From Candidatus Heimdallarchaeota archaeon (GTDB taxonomy: Archaea; Asgardarchaeota; Heimdallarchaeia; JABLTI01): DNA of 64,000 nucleotides. The notes beneath the pieces are model-generated. The model worked only from the letters and a program-made list of their open reading frames with translations. It ran no database searches and had not been told where the DNA came from. The stretch spans positions 128,001 to 192,000 of the forward strand of contig JABCTZ010000036.1 in assembly GCA_018238155.1 (NCBI GenBank), read 5' to 3'. This document shows, one piece after another, positions 1 to 9,247 of this stretch; the stretch's first letter is position 1, and each line of letters opens with the position of its first letter. The position numbers were made by a program, and so were the translations under genes.

Positions 1-193
1 TCTTTAATTTCTCTTCTGTTTTCCCAGTATCTACAAGAATGAATTTTACTCTATTATTGAAGGGTCCTTTCTCTGTTAATTGTAGAAAGTCATTTATCTT
101 TCCTATTGAGTTCTCATCCAATTTCTCATTTATATAGGTTCTACAAGAATATCGTTTGCGTATAATCTCTTCAATAGGTTTCTTAAAATCCAT
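1..193 (-). CDS. Nitroreductase-family protein, 5' part (runs off window start)
   Basis: Manual translation from ATG at 193: MDFKKPIEEIIRKRYSCRTYINEKLDENSIGKINDFLQLTEKGPFNNRVKF..., open to base 1; RxSxRxY FMN-binding motif. Confidence 0.75.
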   Translation of the reverse strand, partial: MDFKKPIEEIIRKRYSCRTYINEKLDENSIGKINDFLQLTEKGPFNNRVKFILVDTGKTEEKLK

Positions 194-249
194 TGGTCAT
201 CCAACGAGTAAAAAAAAGAAAAATTGATAGATAAATTTTTTCACTTGAT

Positions 250-906
250 TTAATCTTCTTTGAGATCATCTTTTATGTCATCTATGTGATGAAACAGTTG
301 GCGTCTTATTGCATCCTTTTTCTTTTCAGGGAAGAGTTGCCCTTCTTGATGTGGTGCTGGAGTAATTGTTGGTTTGGGTATTTGATTTGATACTATAATT
401 GTCTTAACACTCATGATAAGCAAACATGGAAAACTAATCGCTGAAACATAGAATCCAATATATAATTTCATAAAAGGATCTGCAGTTTGTTTGCTAAAAA
501 ATAACCCGAAGAAGATAGTTGCGAGAATACCTGCTATAGCTCCAATTGTTAATAATGAAGCAAAAACCCTTTGTAAAGTAAAACTCTGCCTCTTGTTTCT
601 GCCTACAAAGAAAACAGATGCTAATGGAAAAATTATTGCTATGACAAACAAGAATATAATTGCCACAGAGTAACCATCATTTAAATCATAGAAACCACCA
701 AAGTTTTCGTATTCGTTCTCAGGAATACGATCATATTGAGCCCATGTCCCAAAAGACCAAGTAGATCTATGCCATGTGACGTTGCCATCATCCCAAATGC
801 TATGGGTGAATGGAACACCACATAAACAAATACTGGTGAAAATTATTATTGAAAGCATTATTATTATGTATGTTTTGTCTTTTGTTTTGTCTTTAGAAAT
901 TGTCAA
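250..906 (-). CDS. Hypothetical membrane protein (about 4 TM)
   Basis: 218-aa ORF with four hydrophobic stretches and a polar C-tail. Confidence 0.7.
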   Translation of the reverse strand: MTISKDKTKDKTYIIIMLSIIIFTSICLCGVPFTHSIWDDGNVTWHRSTWSFGTWAQYDRIPENEYENFGGFYDLNDGYSVAIIFLFVIAIIFPLASVFFVGRNKRQSFTLQRVFASLLTIGAIAGILATIFFGLFFSKQTADPFMKLYIGFYVSAISFPCLLIMSVKTIIVSNQIPKPTITPAPHQEGQLFPEKKKDAIRRQLFHHIDDIKDDLKED

Positions 907-968
907 TTTTAGAATTACCTCTAATTCAAATAAATATTCTTGAATTGCATTTAATAATATAACTGAAT

Positions 969-1019
969 AAAAAAAAGGTTATGTGAGAGGGATTATGTTG
1001 TATTTCATACAACCTCTCA
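969..1019 (-). terminator. Hairpin plus T-tract downstream of ABC operon
   Basis: TGAGAGG/CCTCTCA and TTGTAT/ATACAA stems (984-1019); A8 at 969-976 is a T-tract on the minus strand. Confidence 0.5.
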
Positions 1020-1050
1020 ATTATACTCAATAATGAGATAGAGTGAATCA

Positions 1051-1776
1051 TTAAGGAATGTGGATTCCACCATCTCGCATATTCAAAACAAGATCTACTT
1101 TATCCATAATCATTAGATCGTGGGTGACAATAACAACTGTTATACCAAGTGATTTGTTCAATTCTCGTAGTAATTTGATGATATCCTCACCAGTTGTTGT
1201 GTCTAGGTTTCCTGTTGGTTCGTCCGCAAAGATAATTTTAGGTGATTGGATCAATGCTCGAGCAATAGCAACTCGTTGTTTTTCTCCACCACTCAATTCC
1301 TTTGGACGGTGTTTTGCTCGATTTCCAAGACCTACTTGTTCAAGTATTTCTTGAGCACGTGCACGATCTTCTTTTTTAATGCCGCTTGGAATTAGTGGTA
1401 ACAAGACATTATCAATAGCTGATAACGTTGGGATGAGCAAGAAATCTTGGAAAACAAAACCGATTTTTGTTTTACGAATATCTGCCAAATCCTTCTCAGA
1501 GAGAGATGTAACTTCTATATCATCAAGTAATACACGACCACTGGTAGTACTATCCATGCAACCAAGGATATTGAGTAAAGTACTCTTACCAGAGCCACTT
1601 GGTCCTGCTATAGCAATGAAGCTACACTTTTTAATACCAAAAGATACATTTTTGAGAGCTATTACTTCTGAAGGTAACCCTTCATAGTAGATTTTTGTTA
1701 AATTGTACGTTTTAATGATGTATTCATCACTAAATTCATGATCAGTTATTTGTTGGTCTGGAATATAATCAACCAT
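1051..1776 (-). CDS. ABC transporter ATP-binding protein (LolD/MacB type)
   Basis: Walker A GPSGSGKS, IGFVFQ Q-loop, LSGGEKQR signature, ADEPTGNLD, VTHD. Confidence 0.95.
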   Translation of the reverse strand: MVDYIPDQQITDHEFSDEYIIKTYNLTKIYYEGLPSEVIALKNVSFGIKKCSFIAIAGPSGSGKSTLLNILGCMDSTTSGRVLLDDIEVTSLSEKDLADIRKTKIGFVFQDFLLIPTLSAIDNVLLPLIPSGIKKEDRARAQEILEQVGLGNRAKHRPKELSGGEKQRVAIARALIQSPKIIFADEPTGNLDTTTGEDIIKLLRELNKSLGITVVIVTHDLMIMDKVDLVLNMRDGGIHIP

Positions 1777-1788
1777 TTTTTTTCCTCC

Positions 1789-3021
1789 TTAAAGTGATCT
1801 AATGACTTCCATTGGTTTTACTCTGGCAGCTTTGATACCAGGTATTAATCCTGCAACCATTCCAAGACCTAAACCGAAACAAAGAACTTGTACAACAATT
1901 TGCCAAGTAATAATCATGAACGTTTGAGAGGCACCCATTTGTACAAGAGTAAGTAACCCAGCACCTAATCCAAAGCCTACAATTGAACCTAATAATCCAA
2001 TAATAATCGATTCAAGAACAATATCGAAGAGTATTGTTCTATTCTTCCATCCAGTAGCTTTCATTATTGCGAATTCTTTCATTCGTTCGGTTACACCCAT
2101 TAATTGAGCAACAACAATTGCCATTCCACCTGCAACAATAACAATAATAATCAGAATATTTTGCATAATGGCAAAATTCTTCAATAAATCGCTTACAGAT
2201 TCCAAATGTTCTCCCGTAATACTTACTTCCAATTTTGGTTCTAGCAACTTCAACTGTTCACCATATTTCTTTGTTTGATTTACACTATCTGAATCAAAAC
2301 GAATGCTTACGTAATTGTAACCAGTTTGTTCATATGGTAAATACAAACTGTTTAATGCAAGTCCAGTAGCAACTGACATTTGTATATTTGTACTCATCAT
2401 TGTCGTTGGGTCATCTTCATCCGTCTCAAAGATACCTACAGTAGTTAAATTAACTGAGTAAGAAAAATTTGTCATGAATTTCACCTCTTTTCCTACTGCA
2501 AATAATCCATCTGATCCTTTAGCAATATAATCTGCTACAATAATTTCGAAGTTATTTTCGTAATTTTTTCCATCTACAATCTTTGTTGATGGACCTTCAA
2601 ATTGCGCATCATCTACTATAGCTATTCCTGCTACATTTATTGGAACAAAAGGCATTGAAGGACCAAATCCACCCTGCTCTATAGTGATATTTGGCATGAA
2701 TTGTTCAAAACCTAAAACGTAAATTTCTGGACTAATTGCCTCAATCATATCACTATCTTCTATTGTCATAATAATATCTGTAATATTGGTTGGTAATTGT
2801 GAAATCGTTATCTCTTTACCATATTCAGAAACTTGTATATCCCCAAGCGTTTCTGCAATAGTATCATCTAATAGATTATCAAATCCTGCTGAAGCTGATG
2901 ATAATACAACCATTAATGCTATTCCAATCGCAATTCCTGTAATAGATAAACCTGCTATTAGTTTCTTGCGAAAAGCGTTCTTCAATGCAAACCGGATTGT
3001 CTGGAAACTCATTTTTGCCAC
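1789..3021 (-). CDS. ABC transporter permease (FtsX/MacB-PCD type)
   Basis: N-terminal TM, large extracytoplasmic domain, ERMKEFAIMKATGW motif, three C-terminal TMs, P..KAARVKPMEVIR; adjacent to the ATPase gene. Confidence 0.92.
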   Translation of the reverse strand: MAKMSFQTIRFALKNAFRKKLIAGLSITGIAIGIALMVVLSSASAGFDNLLDDTIAETLGDIQVSEYGKEITISQLPTNITDIIMTIEDSDMIEAISPEIYVLGFEQFMPNITIEQGGFGPSMPFVPINVAGIAIVDDAQFEGPSTKIVDGKNYENNFEIIVADYIAKGSDGLFAVGKEVKFMTNFSYSVNLTTVGIFETDEDDPTTMMSTNIQMSVATGLALNSLYLPYEQTGYNYVSIRFDSDSVNQTKKYGEQLKLLEPKLEVSITGEHLESVSDLLKNFAIMQNILIIIVIVAGGMAIVVAQLMGVTERMKEFAIMKATGWKNRTILFDIVLESIIIGLLGSIVGFGLGAGLLTLVQMGASQTFMIITWQIVVQVLCFGLGLGMVAGLIPGIKAARVKPMEVIRSL

Positions 3022-3082
3022 CTAAATTCCTGTAAATAATCATCTTTATAATGTGTCAATTTTGTTGTGGTTTACTTATAAA

Positions 3083-3106
3083 TTTGTTCACACTAGTGTA
3101 AACAAA
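3083..3106. promoter_or_regulatory. Probable TetR operator between divergent promoters
   Basis: TTTGTTCACACT|AGTGTAAACAAA, a 24-bp palindrome with one mismatch, between TATA-like boxes (about 3075-3082 minus, about 3114-3122 plus). Confidence 0.7.
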
Positions 3107-3153
3107 CAGCAATCTTTATATTAACCTTAATAAATACACTTAGAAGAACAATA

Positions 3154-3849
3154 ATGTCGGAAGACGGATCAAAATTAAAGAAAGAACAAAGGCAAGAATC
3201 GATATTAGATACAGCTTTGGAGTTAATGTGTACAAAAGGTATCAATGGTACTACTATGAGAGGAATTGCCAAAGCTGAAGGAATTTCTGAGACATTACTA
3301 TATCGTTTTTTCAAAAACAAAAACGAATTATTGTTTGCACTATTTGAAGCGAAAATCGTTAATATTGCTTATACAATACAAGAACTAATTGAAACAACTA
3401 AAGGGATGATACCTGATCCTGTGGAAACTCTTCCACTTATCTCTAAATTAGTTCAAAAAAGAATTGATAAAAATCATAAAATCTTTAATTTGATTCTCAA
3501 AGAACGAAAGGCTTTGAGAGCAATCATTGAGAAAGAAGGTGGATTTCAAATGATTTTTAAAGATAAAATCAAGACTCATACATTTATGGGTTTAATGAAA
3601 GATATTGCTAATAATAAAAGCTTAACGAATTATTTTCAAAGGTGTAAGGATGCAGGAAATCTAAGAGATGATTTAGAACCAGTGCATTGTGCAAATCTAT
3701 TTATTAAGATACTTTGGCCAACACCTATTTTTGATAATAATTTTACTCAACCAATTAATCCAATGTTACCAGATGCTCATAGCCAAAAAGCATTTGAAAC
3801 AAATATGAAAATTCTAATGTATGGTCTTGCGCCTGACAAAAAACATTGA
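3154..3849 (+). CDS. TetR/AcrR family transcriptional regulator
   Basis: ILDTALELMCTKGINGTTMRGIAKAEGISETLLYRFFKNKNEL HTH; divergent from the ABC exporter. Confidence 0.92.
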   Translation: MSEDGSKLKKEQRQESILDTALELMCTKGINGTTMRGIAKAEGISETLLYRFFKNKNELLFALFEAKIVNIAYTIQELIETTKGMIPDPVETLPLISKLVQKRIDKNHKIFNLILKERKALRAIIEKEGGFQMIFKDKIKTHTFMGLMKDIANNKSLTNYFQRCKDAGNLRDDLEPVHCANLFIKILWPTPIFDNNFTQPINPMLPDAHSQKAFETNMKILMYGLAPDKKH

Positions 3850-3953
3850 ATCCATTAAGGCTATTTTTTTATGGTTCAAAAAGAATTCTTTAATTATAAT
3901 GACAACCTTGTTAGATTAAACAACTCAAACAATTGATTAGGGTGTTATTTCCT

Positions 3954-4664
3954 ATGAGTGAAACAGCTAAGAAATTACTTTTACAGCTAAAGAAAGCAAA
4001 AAAAGTTAACAAACAAATTGATTTAGTACAACAATTGAAAGATTATAATCAAGAGGAAATGGTTAATCATGTTTTATTGATTCACCTTAATCGAAAAGAT
4101 CACGATTCCCTTCGACTTGAAATTTTAGCATCATTAAATTTTGATGATGAAAAAATTATTCGTCCTCTTACAGAAATAATTGGTGATTCATATGAATCAA
4201 TCGCGATAAAAGAAAAAGCTATTACACTTTTAGGAGAGAATAAAAGTAAAAACGCTATGAAGTCTTTAATGAAAATTTATCGGAAAGCAAAAGATCCGAA
4301 AATTCTTGATAATCTAGCTTTAGCTTTAACCTTTTTTGAAGATGTAAGTGTAATTAAACCTCTCATAAAAGCGTTACACCATGAAGAATTACGATTACCT
4401 GCTTTAACTGGTTTAGCTCGAAATGAATCTACCGTCTTTCGTTCAAAAGATTTGATGAAAGCACTTGCAAAATTAGAAATAACTAAACAATTCGAGCTGT
4501 TACACTATGACAAGATCATTGAAAATATTCTCGAAAAATTCAAACTGGCAAACAAAGAAGATCTTCTTCTAGCCCTTAATACGAAAAAGATGGATCAAGC
4601 TATCAATAACTATCGAAAGGAACAAGCAGAAATAGCTAAAATGCTGAAAAAGGTAAAGATGTAA
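3954..4664 (+). CDS. HEAT-repeat protein
   Basis: Repeated ...IKEKAITLLGE...ALALTFF...IKPLIKAL patterns; ATG 3954 preferred to TTG 3933. Confidence 0.7.
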   Translation: MSETAKKLLLQLKKAKKVNKQIDLVQQLKDYNQEEMVNHVLLIHLNRKDHDSLRLEILASLNFDDEKIIRPLTEIIGDSYESIAIKEKAITLLGENKSKNAMKSLMKIYRKAKDPKILDNLALALTFFEDVSVIKPLIKALHHEELRLPALTGLARNESTVFRSKDLMKALAKLEITKQFELLHYDKIIENILEKFKLANKEDLLLALNTKKMDQAINNYRKEQAEIAKMLKKVKM

Positions 4665-4998
4665 GAATCTTTTTCATTTATTTCTCATTCTTTTTATTTT
4701 GTTAATATTTTGCTTACATCAATAGTTTTAAATAGTTTAAACGTTCAATATGTTTTTAATGATTAAGCTCTCTCAAGAGAATAATCAGATTTGGTGTAAA
4801 ATGGATAGAATGATGCAAAACACCCATAACTCAAATATTGCCCTTCCCGATACAATATTTAACCTTGCATCCTATTTCCATTTTCCTTCAAGATAACTTT
4901 ATTCATCCTTCCCAAGCCAATTCGGGGAAAAAACCGCGTTGGCTATCAATTCTCTTCTCTCTGAAAGTAATCTGAAAAAAATAGCTTTAAAGTATCTA

Positions 4999-5562
4999 TT
5001 ATGCTTCCCCTAATTTTTCTGTGGAATTCATTAATCCTGCAATATTTGAGGGAGTAAAAAATCCATCAAAATCACCAAATCTTTGAATGTATTCAATGAT
5101 ATGATTTGAGGTTTTTGTAGGCAATGTGAAGATTTGTTTTATTCCTTCGTCTTCACTTCCAATGATCTTATCAGTAGTAAATTTTATACCTCGTGCTTTT
5201 TGTATTTCAACAACTTTTTCGATATTAGTTACCTCATAAGCAAGGTGATGCACTCGCGTGCCATATTTCTGGCAATATTTCTCAACTACAGAGTCTTCAC
5301 TTAAACCTTCACTGATAACAATAATTGGCAATGTATCAAATAATTTCAATGTAGTAGTAATAGCATTTGAATGAACAACTTTGAAGCTCTTGAACAACCG
5401 ATAAGGCAAAGCATTGCTTAGCTCCTCCATTAACTTCACACGTTCACCTATTTTTGCTCGATATGCAATATGATCTAATTTGATAATGAGATCATCAATA
5501 CCGGATTCTTTGCGATCTTTCTCATTTTTCTTAAATTCTTCTAACATTTTTTGCAACACCAA
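4999..5562 (-). CDS. VOC/glyoxalase superfamily protein (resembles the C-terminal half of HPPD)
   Basis: LDHIAYR, VHHLAYEVTNIE, EYIQRFGDFDGFF; His/His/Glu metal triad. Confidence 0.75.
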   Translation of the reverse strand: MVLQKMLEEFKKNEKDRKESGIDDLIIKLDHIAYRAKIGERVKLMEELSNALPYRLFKSFKVVHSNAITTTLKLFDTLPIIVISEGLSEDSVVEKYCQKYGTRVHHLAYEVTNIEKVVEIQKARGIKFTTDKIIGSEDEGIKQIFTLPTKTSNHIIEYIQRFGDFDGFFTPSNIAGLMNSTEKLGEA

Positions 5563-5635
5563 ATAGAGATATATCTCTAACTCAATTTAAAATGCGTTGA
5601 AGTAAATATTAAAACCATCGTTATAAAAAGTAAAG

Positions 5636-5658
5636 ATGGTCCTTTGAGGAAAGACCAT
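5636..5658 (-). terminator. Hairpin downstream of the phospholipase C-like gene
   Basis: ATGGTC...GACCAT stem just past the stop codon. Confidence 0.35.
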
Positions 5659-5672
5659 TAGTAAATGCTTCA

Positions 5673-7106
5673 TTATTCTTTTGCAGATTCTATCCATTCT
5701 CCAACTTCTTCTAAATTAGGAATCAAGTTGCTTCTTTTCAGAAATTTTTTCACATGTTTATCTTTGATAGCGACTTGCACTGTTTTCCAAAGTTTACTTT
5801 GTTTCTGTTTCTTAAGATCTGCTTTGGTACGAATGCCTGCACTATAGAGAATCACCACATCATGCACACGTAATCTCCAAATTTCAAGCATTAGATTAGT
5901 TTCGATAATCATTCGTGAAATATCTTCGACTTTGAGCTGATTATAATTTAGTTTCTCCTGTAGCAGATTGACTATTTCATCTGGAGTTGTAACCAATAAA
6001 TCCAGCACTTTGTTGATTCCTATCTTTTTAAATTTGTCAGCAATTGCTTTTGTCATTTCAGCAACGTCACTGATATCTGAATTCAAAGTGATAGCTGGAG
6101 TGAATCTGGATTTTTTAGGGAATTTTAATTTTGGTTTAGCTTCAATAATTACTACTTTTTTCTCTGTCTTCAATGGGATTGCTTTAAGAGACTTTGGTAA
6201 ATTGACGGGTTTAATTTTTCCATCTTGGAGAACTTGCAAATAATATCTATCATCTTGCAAGAGAGAATTTTGTACTCTTTTTGTTTTGTAAAATTCATTT
6301 TTCATTTGTTTTGTTGTTCTCTTGCGCATTTTCTTTTCTTGGTTTTGTCGATTTCTTTCTGCTTGTGCAGATAATTTTATTCTTGATTTCGTTGAACCAA
6401 GTTTAATTTTACCTGGATCAGGATTTCCTGCTTCAGCTATTGCTTTGAGATATAGTGAAGCTGTTCCTTGAATTGCCGAAGCAATTCTTTGAGAAATCTT
6501 TGTTTTTAAGACATCATTGTATCCTTTTCCCCAATTACATTTTTGACCTTGTTCAAGGTCATAATTTTCTATCACAAAAACATACGAGTTATTCGCTTCA
6601 TTTGCAGCTTTTATAACAAAATCTTTGATTTTATTTATTTGTTCTGGAGGATTAATTACCATGTCTTTTCGTAAATCTAAGTAAATTTCTGCCGCTCCCC
6701 ATTCTGTGAAAGAATGGATTAGTCCTTCTTCTTCTGTTTGACCAGTGTGTAATGGATGATTAATATCCGCAAAATAATGACTCATGACTCCTGCAGCATA
6801 AACAGCTTTCTCCCATTTTTTATTCTTTAATGCAGATACGGTTTTATTAAACCAATCATAAACCGCTTTTGGTGCCCCACCCCATTTTTCCGGCATATAT
6901 AAAACATGGTTTTTGTAATCTTTAAAAAATTCATCTGGTGCTGTTGATCCTTCCAAAAGCCTTTCATAATATTTTAGAAAAAGGTTAGCTATATTTTCTT
7001 CTAGAAATTTTACTGCTTCAATAGCAACTCGGTGATGAATACTTCGAGTAGTACGATTTTCAAAAATTAAGTTAAATATTTTCTCATCCATGTAATCACT
7101 ATCCAA
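5673..7106 (-). CDS. Zn-dependent phospholipase C / S1-P1-like domain fused to C-terminal HhH (DUF4332-like) domains
   Basis: SIHH, GSTAPD, SHYFADINHPLHT, HSFTE Zn ligands; C-terminal IADKFKKIGINKVLDLL and LYSAGIRTKADL HhH-like repeats. Confidence 0.75.
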   Translation of the reverse strand: MDSDYMDEKIFNLIFENRTTRSIHHRVAIEAVKFLEENIANLFLKYYERLLEGSTAPDEFFKDYKNHVLYMPEKWGGAPKAVYDWFNKTVSALKNKKWEKAVYAAGVMSHYFADINHPLHTGQTEEEGLIHSFTEWGAAEIYLDLRKDMVINPPEQINKIKDFVIKAANEANNSYVFVIENYDLEQGQKCNWGKGYNDVLKTKISQRIASAIQGTASLYLKAIAEAGNPDPGKIKLGSTKSRIKLSAQAERNRQNQEKKMRKRTTKQMKNEFYKTKRVQNSLLQDDRYYLQVLQDGKIKPVNLPKSLKAIPLKTEKKVVIIEAKPKLKFPKKSRFTPAITLNSDISDVAEMTKAIADKFKKIGINKVLDLLVTTPDEIVNLLQEKLNYNQLKVEDISRMIIETNLMLEIWRLRVHDVVILYSAGIRTKADLKKQKQSKLWKTVQVAIKDKHVKKFLKRSNLIPNLEEVGEWIESAKE

Positions 7107-7319
7107 TGAATCTGCTAAGATAATTTTAAATCAATGCTATCCATTTTTGGTTATTTGCTAAAAGTATTTTCATTTAAGCTCTACAAATAGTGAAGAAGAA
7201 CCTCATGAAATTATAGAATTGGATTACAAGTAATCCTCAATTAGAAATCCTCTTATAGAAGTTTCTTTCAAAAATAACTATTAAAATCAAATGGTTTGTA
7301 ATAGGATGACTGCATAAAC

Positions 7320-7973
7320 GTGAAAAGAAAAGAATTAGTTATAATTGGAATATTGTTAACTTGCATAATTACTATACCAATAATTAATGTAAATGCCGTT
7401 GCTTACTGGCATGTTTTAGACGAAAAAAATGATGTTGTTCACTTTTATGATGAGGAATATCAAGACACAGGTGATTATCTCGATTCTGTAGATATTGTGA
7501 GTATTTCTATTGATGATGAAAATTTAATTTTGAAATTTGATGACAGACCTGCTAACAATATATTTCATGAGTATTCTTTTGATATTACTTGGGATAATGC
7601 TGCTTTCGGATGGGGAAATTCTACACAAGCCATCTATGGTGGAATTGGTAAATGGAATTCAATAACAACTCATATTACCCTTGAAAATGGGACACTAATT
7701 TATCAAAATACAACCTATCTAGAAATAATCATTTACAAAAATTCTATCATTTGTCCTATACCTGGATTTGAATATTTTGTTGATAAAGTTCCTGAGAATC
7801 TTTATGCTGTTGCAATGTACAGATCTAATGTGTCAACTCTAAATGGTGATCGTTACTATGACATTGCTAATGGGACAGTAATCTCTGGTCGTTTATCTGG
7901 CTTTTCAGCAATAATTGGTATAACCAGTCTCTTCTCAATTGTTCTATTATTTAACTATAGAAAGAAAAAATGA
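7320..7973 (+). CDS. Secreted/surface protein with C-terminal GF-TM-basic sorting tail
   Basis: Signal peptide MKRKELVIIGILL...; C-terminus SGFSAIIGITSLFSIVLLFNYRKKK. Confidence 0.7.
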   Translation: MKRKELVIIGILLTCIITIPIINVNAVAYWHVLDEKNDVVHFYDEEYQDTGDYLDSVDIVSISIDDENLILKFDDRPANNIFHEYSFDITWDNAAFGWGNSTQAIYGGIGKWNSITTHITLENGTLIYQNTTYLEIIIYKNSIICPIPGFEYFVDKVPENLYAVAMYRSNVSTLNGDRYYDIANGTVISGRLSGFSAIIGITSLFSIVLLFNYRKKK

Positions 7974-8083
7974 GCGAATGATTTTTCTCTTTTTAATTTT
8001 TCTTTTTTTCTCTACTGTTCATTTTTTAGTGCAGTAAAGCTCCCCAATGAAACCCAGTGATGATTGTTTTAGGCTTTCTAATT

Positions 8084-9073
8084 TCATTTGATAATGACCT
8101 TTTCTGGCAAATGTACAGCAAATGTACAGTGAGTATGACCATTTAAAGCAGTTTCAAAAGGTTCGATTCTTATTGGCTGCTCAAATAACTGTTCGTAATA
8201 ATCCTTATACCAACCGCCACTACACTGACAGAAGTGTTTTGAAACCTCTTGCTCCGTTCCATCTTTTATGGCTCCACGTACCCATGGGCAGAAACAAGCA
8301 TAAAACCGTTTCATTCTCTCATCATTTGTCTCGAGTAGCTTCTTAGTTTGATATGGATTTTTGGTTACAAAGATTATGTTCCCTTCTCTTTTTCCAAGAG
8401 CAGCTGTCTTGTTGTTTTTGACGTATTCAACAACATCATCATCAACAATTTGAGCAAATGCTAAAGTTCCTTCATTTCTATGTTTCTCAAATTCCTTTAC
8501 TTTTTCTAACCGTTTCTTTTCGAGAAAAGCATCTATACCAAATTCATGATAGTCCTTTCGATCCTTTTTCATATCTCCTCCTAGACCTCCATGCAAACAA
8601 GGTTTTAGCAACTCAATTAATTTCTTTTCCCCAAGTTTCTCTTCTGCACGTTTCAAAATAGCTTTTGTGAATTGAGGTTTCTTCTCCGGATGAATGCCTA
8701 ATGATGGTATGGTTAACCCAGCAAAGATTTCATCTCTAATTTCTTCACTATGCCATTCAGCTATTCTTGCAGAAAGATTATCCATTGCGTTATGTGATTC
8801 GAAAATATCTATTGTTGCTTCAATAAAATCATTTCTCTTAGTAAAGTACGCGTAATTAAATAAAGCCAATAGGAATGTTAACACATCATCCTTTTCTTGT
8901 TTAACTAAATATTCTGTATAATCTACTACTTTATTGACCTCTACAGTATCAATAGTCTGTTGTTGTTTCTTGAGATATTTTTGATATTCTTTTAAGCTCT
9001 CTAAATATTTTCCAATTTTCTTTTCATCTGCTTTTTTGTTTACTAAATATTCCCTGAATTTTTTCTCATTCAT
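8084..9073 (-). CDS. Cys-rich conserved hypothetical protein (DUF6144/V4R-like C-terminal domain)
   Basis: PCLH, ACFCPW, FCQCSGG and HCTF motifs; helical N-terminal domain. Confidence 0.6.
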   Translation of the reverse strand: MNEKKFREYLVNKKADEKKIGKYLESLKEYQKYLKKQQQTIDTVEVNKVVDYTEYLVKQEKDDVLTFLLALFNYAYFTKRNDFIEATIDIFESHNAMDNLSARIAEWHSEEIRDEIFAGLTIPSLGIHPEKKPQFTKAILKRAEEKLGEKKLIELLKPCLHGGLGGDMKKDRKDYHEFGIDAFLEKKRLEKVKEFEKHRNEGTLAFAQIVDDDVVEYVKNNKTAALGKREGNIIFVTKNPYQTKKLLETNDERMKRFYACFCPWVRGAIKDGTEQEVSKHFCQCSGGWYKDYYEQLFEQPIRIEPFETALNGHTHCTFAVHLPEKVIIK

Positions 9074-9247
9074 CTCTATTCACATCAAATAATTTTCTAT
9101 TTCATGCTAATAGCTATTATATCTGAATTTAAACTTTCGCAGAAACTTTAGAATTCTTTCTTAAACATTTGAGAAAACATCCGCCAACCAAAAATCTAAC
9201 AAAAACCTCAAAAACTAGACAAAGTAAGTATTTTTTGAATAAAAAAA

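Noticed and set aside
1-193. Frameshifted pseudogene at the window start
   Set aside because: Careful translation shows an uninterrupted frame that simply runs off the window.
4775-4975. SRP RNA or RNase P RNA
   Set aside because: Conserved helix-8 and GAGGAAAGUCC-type motifs were not found, and the region is too AT-rich.
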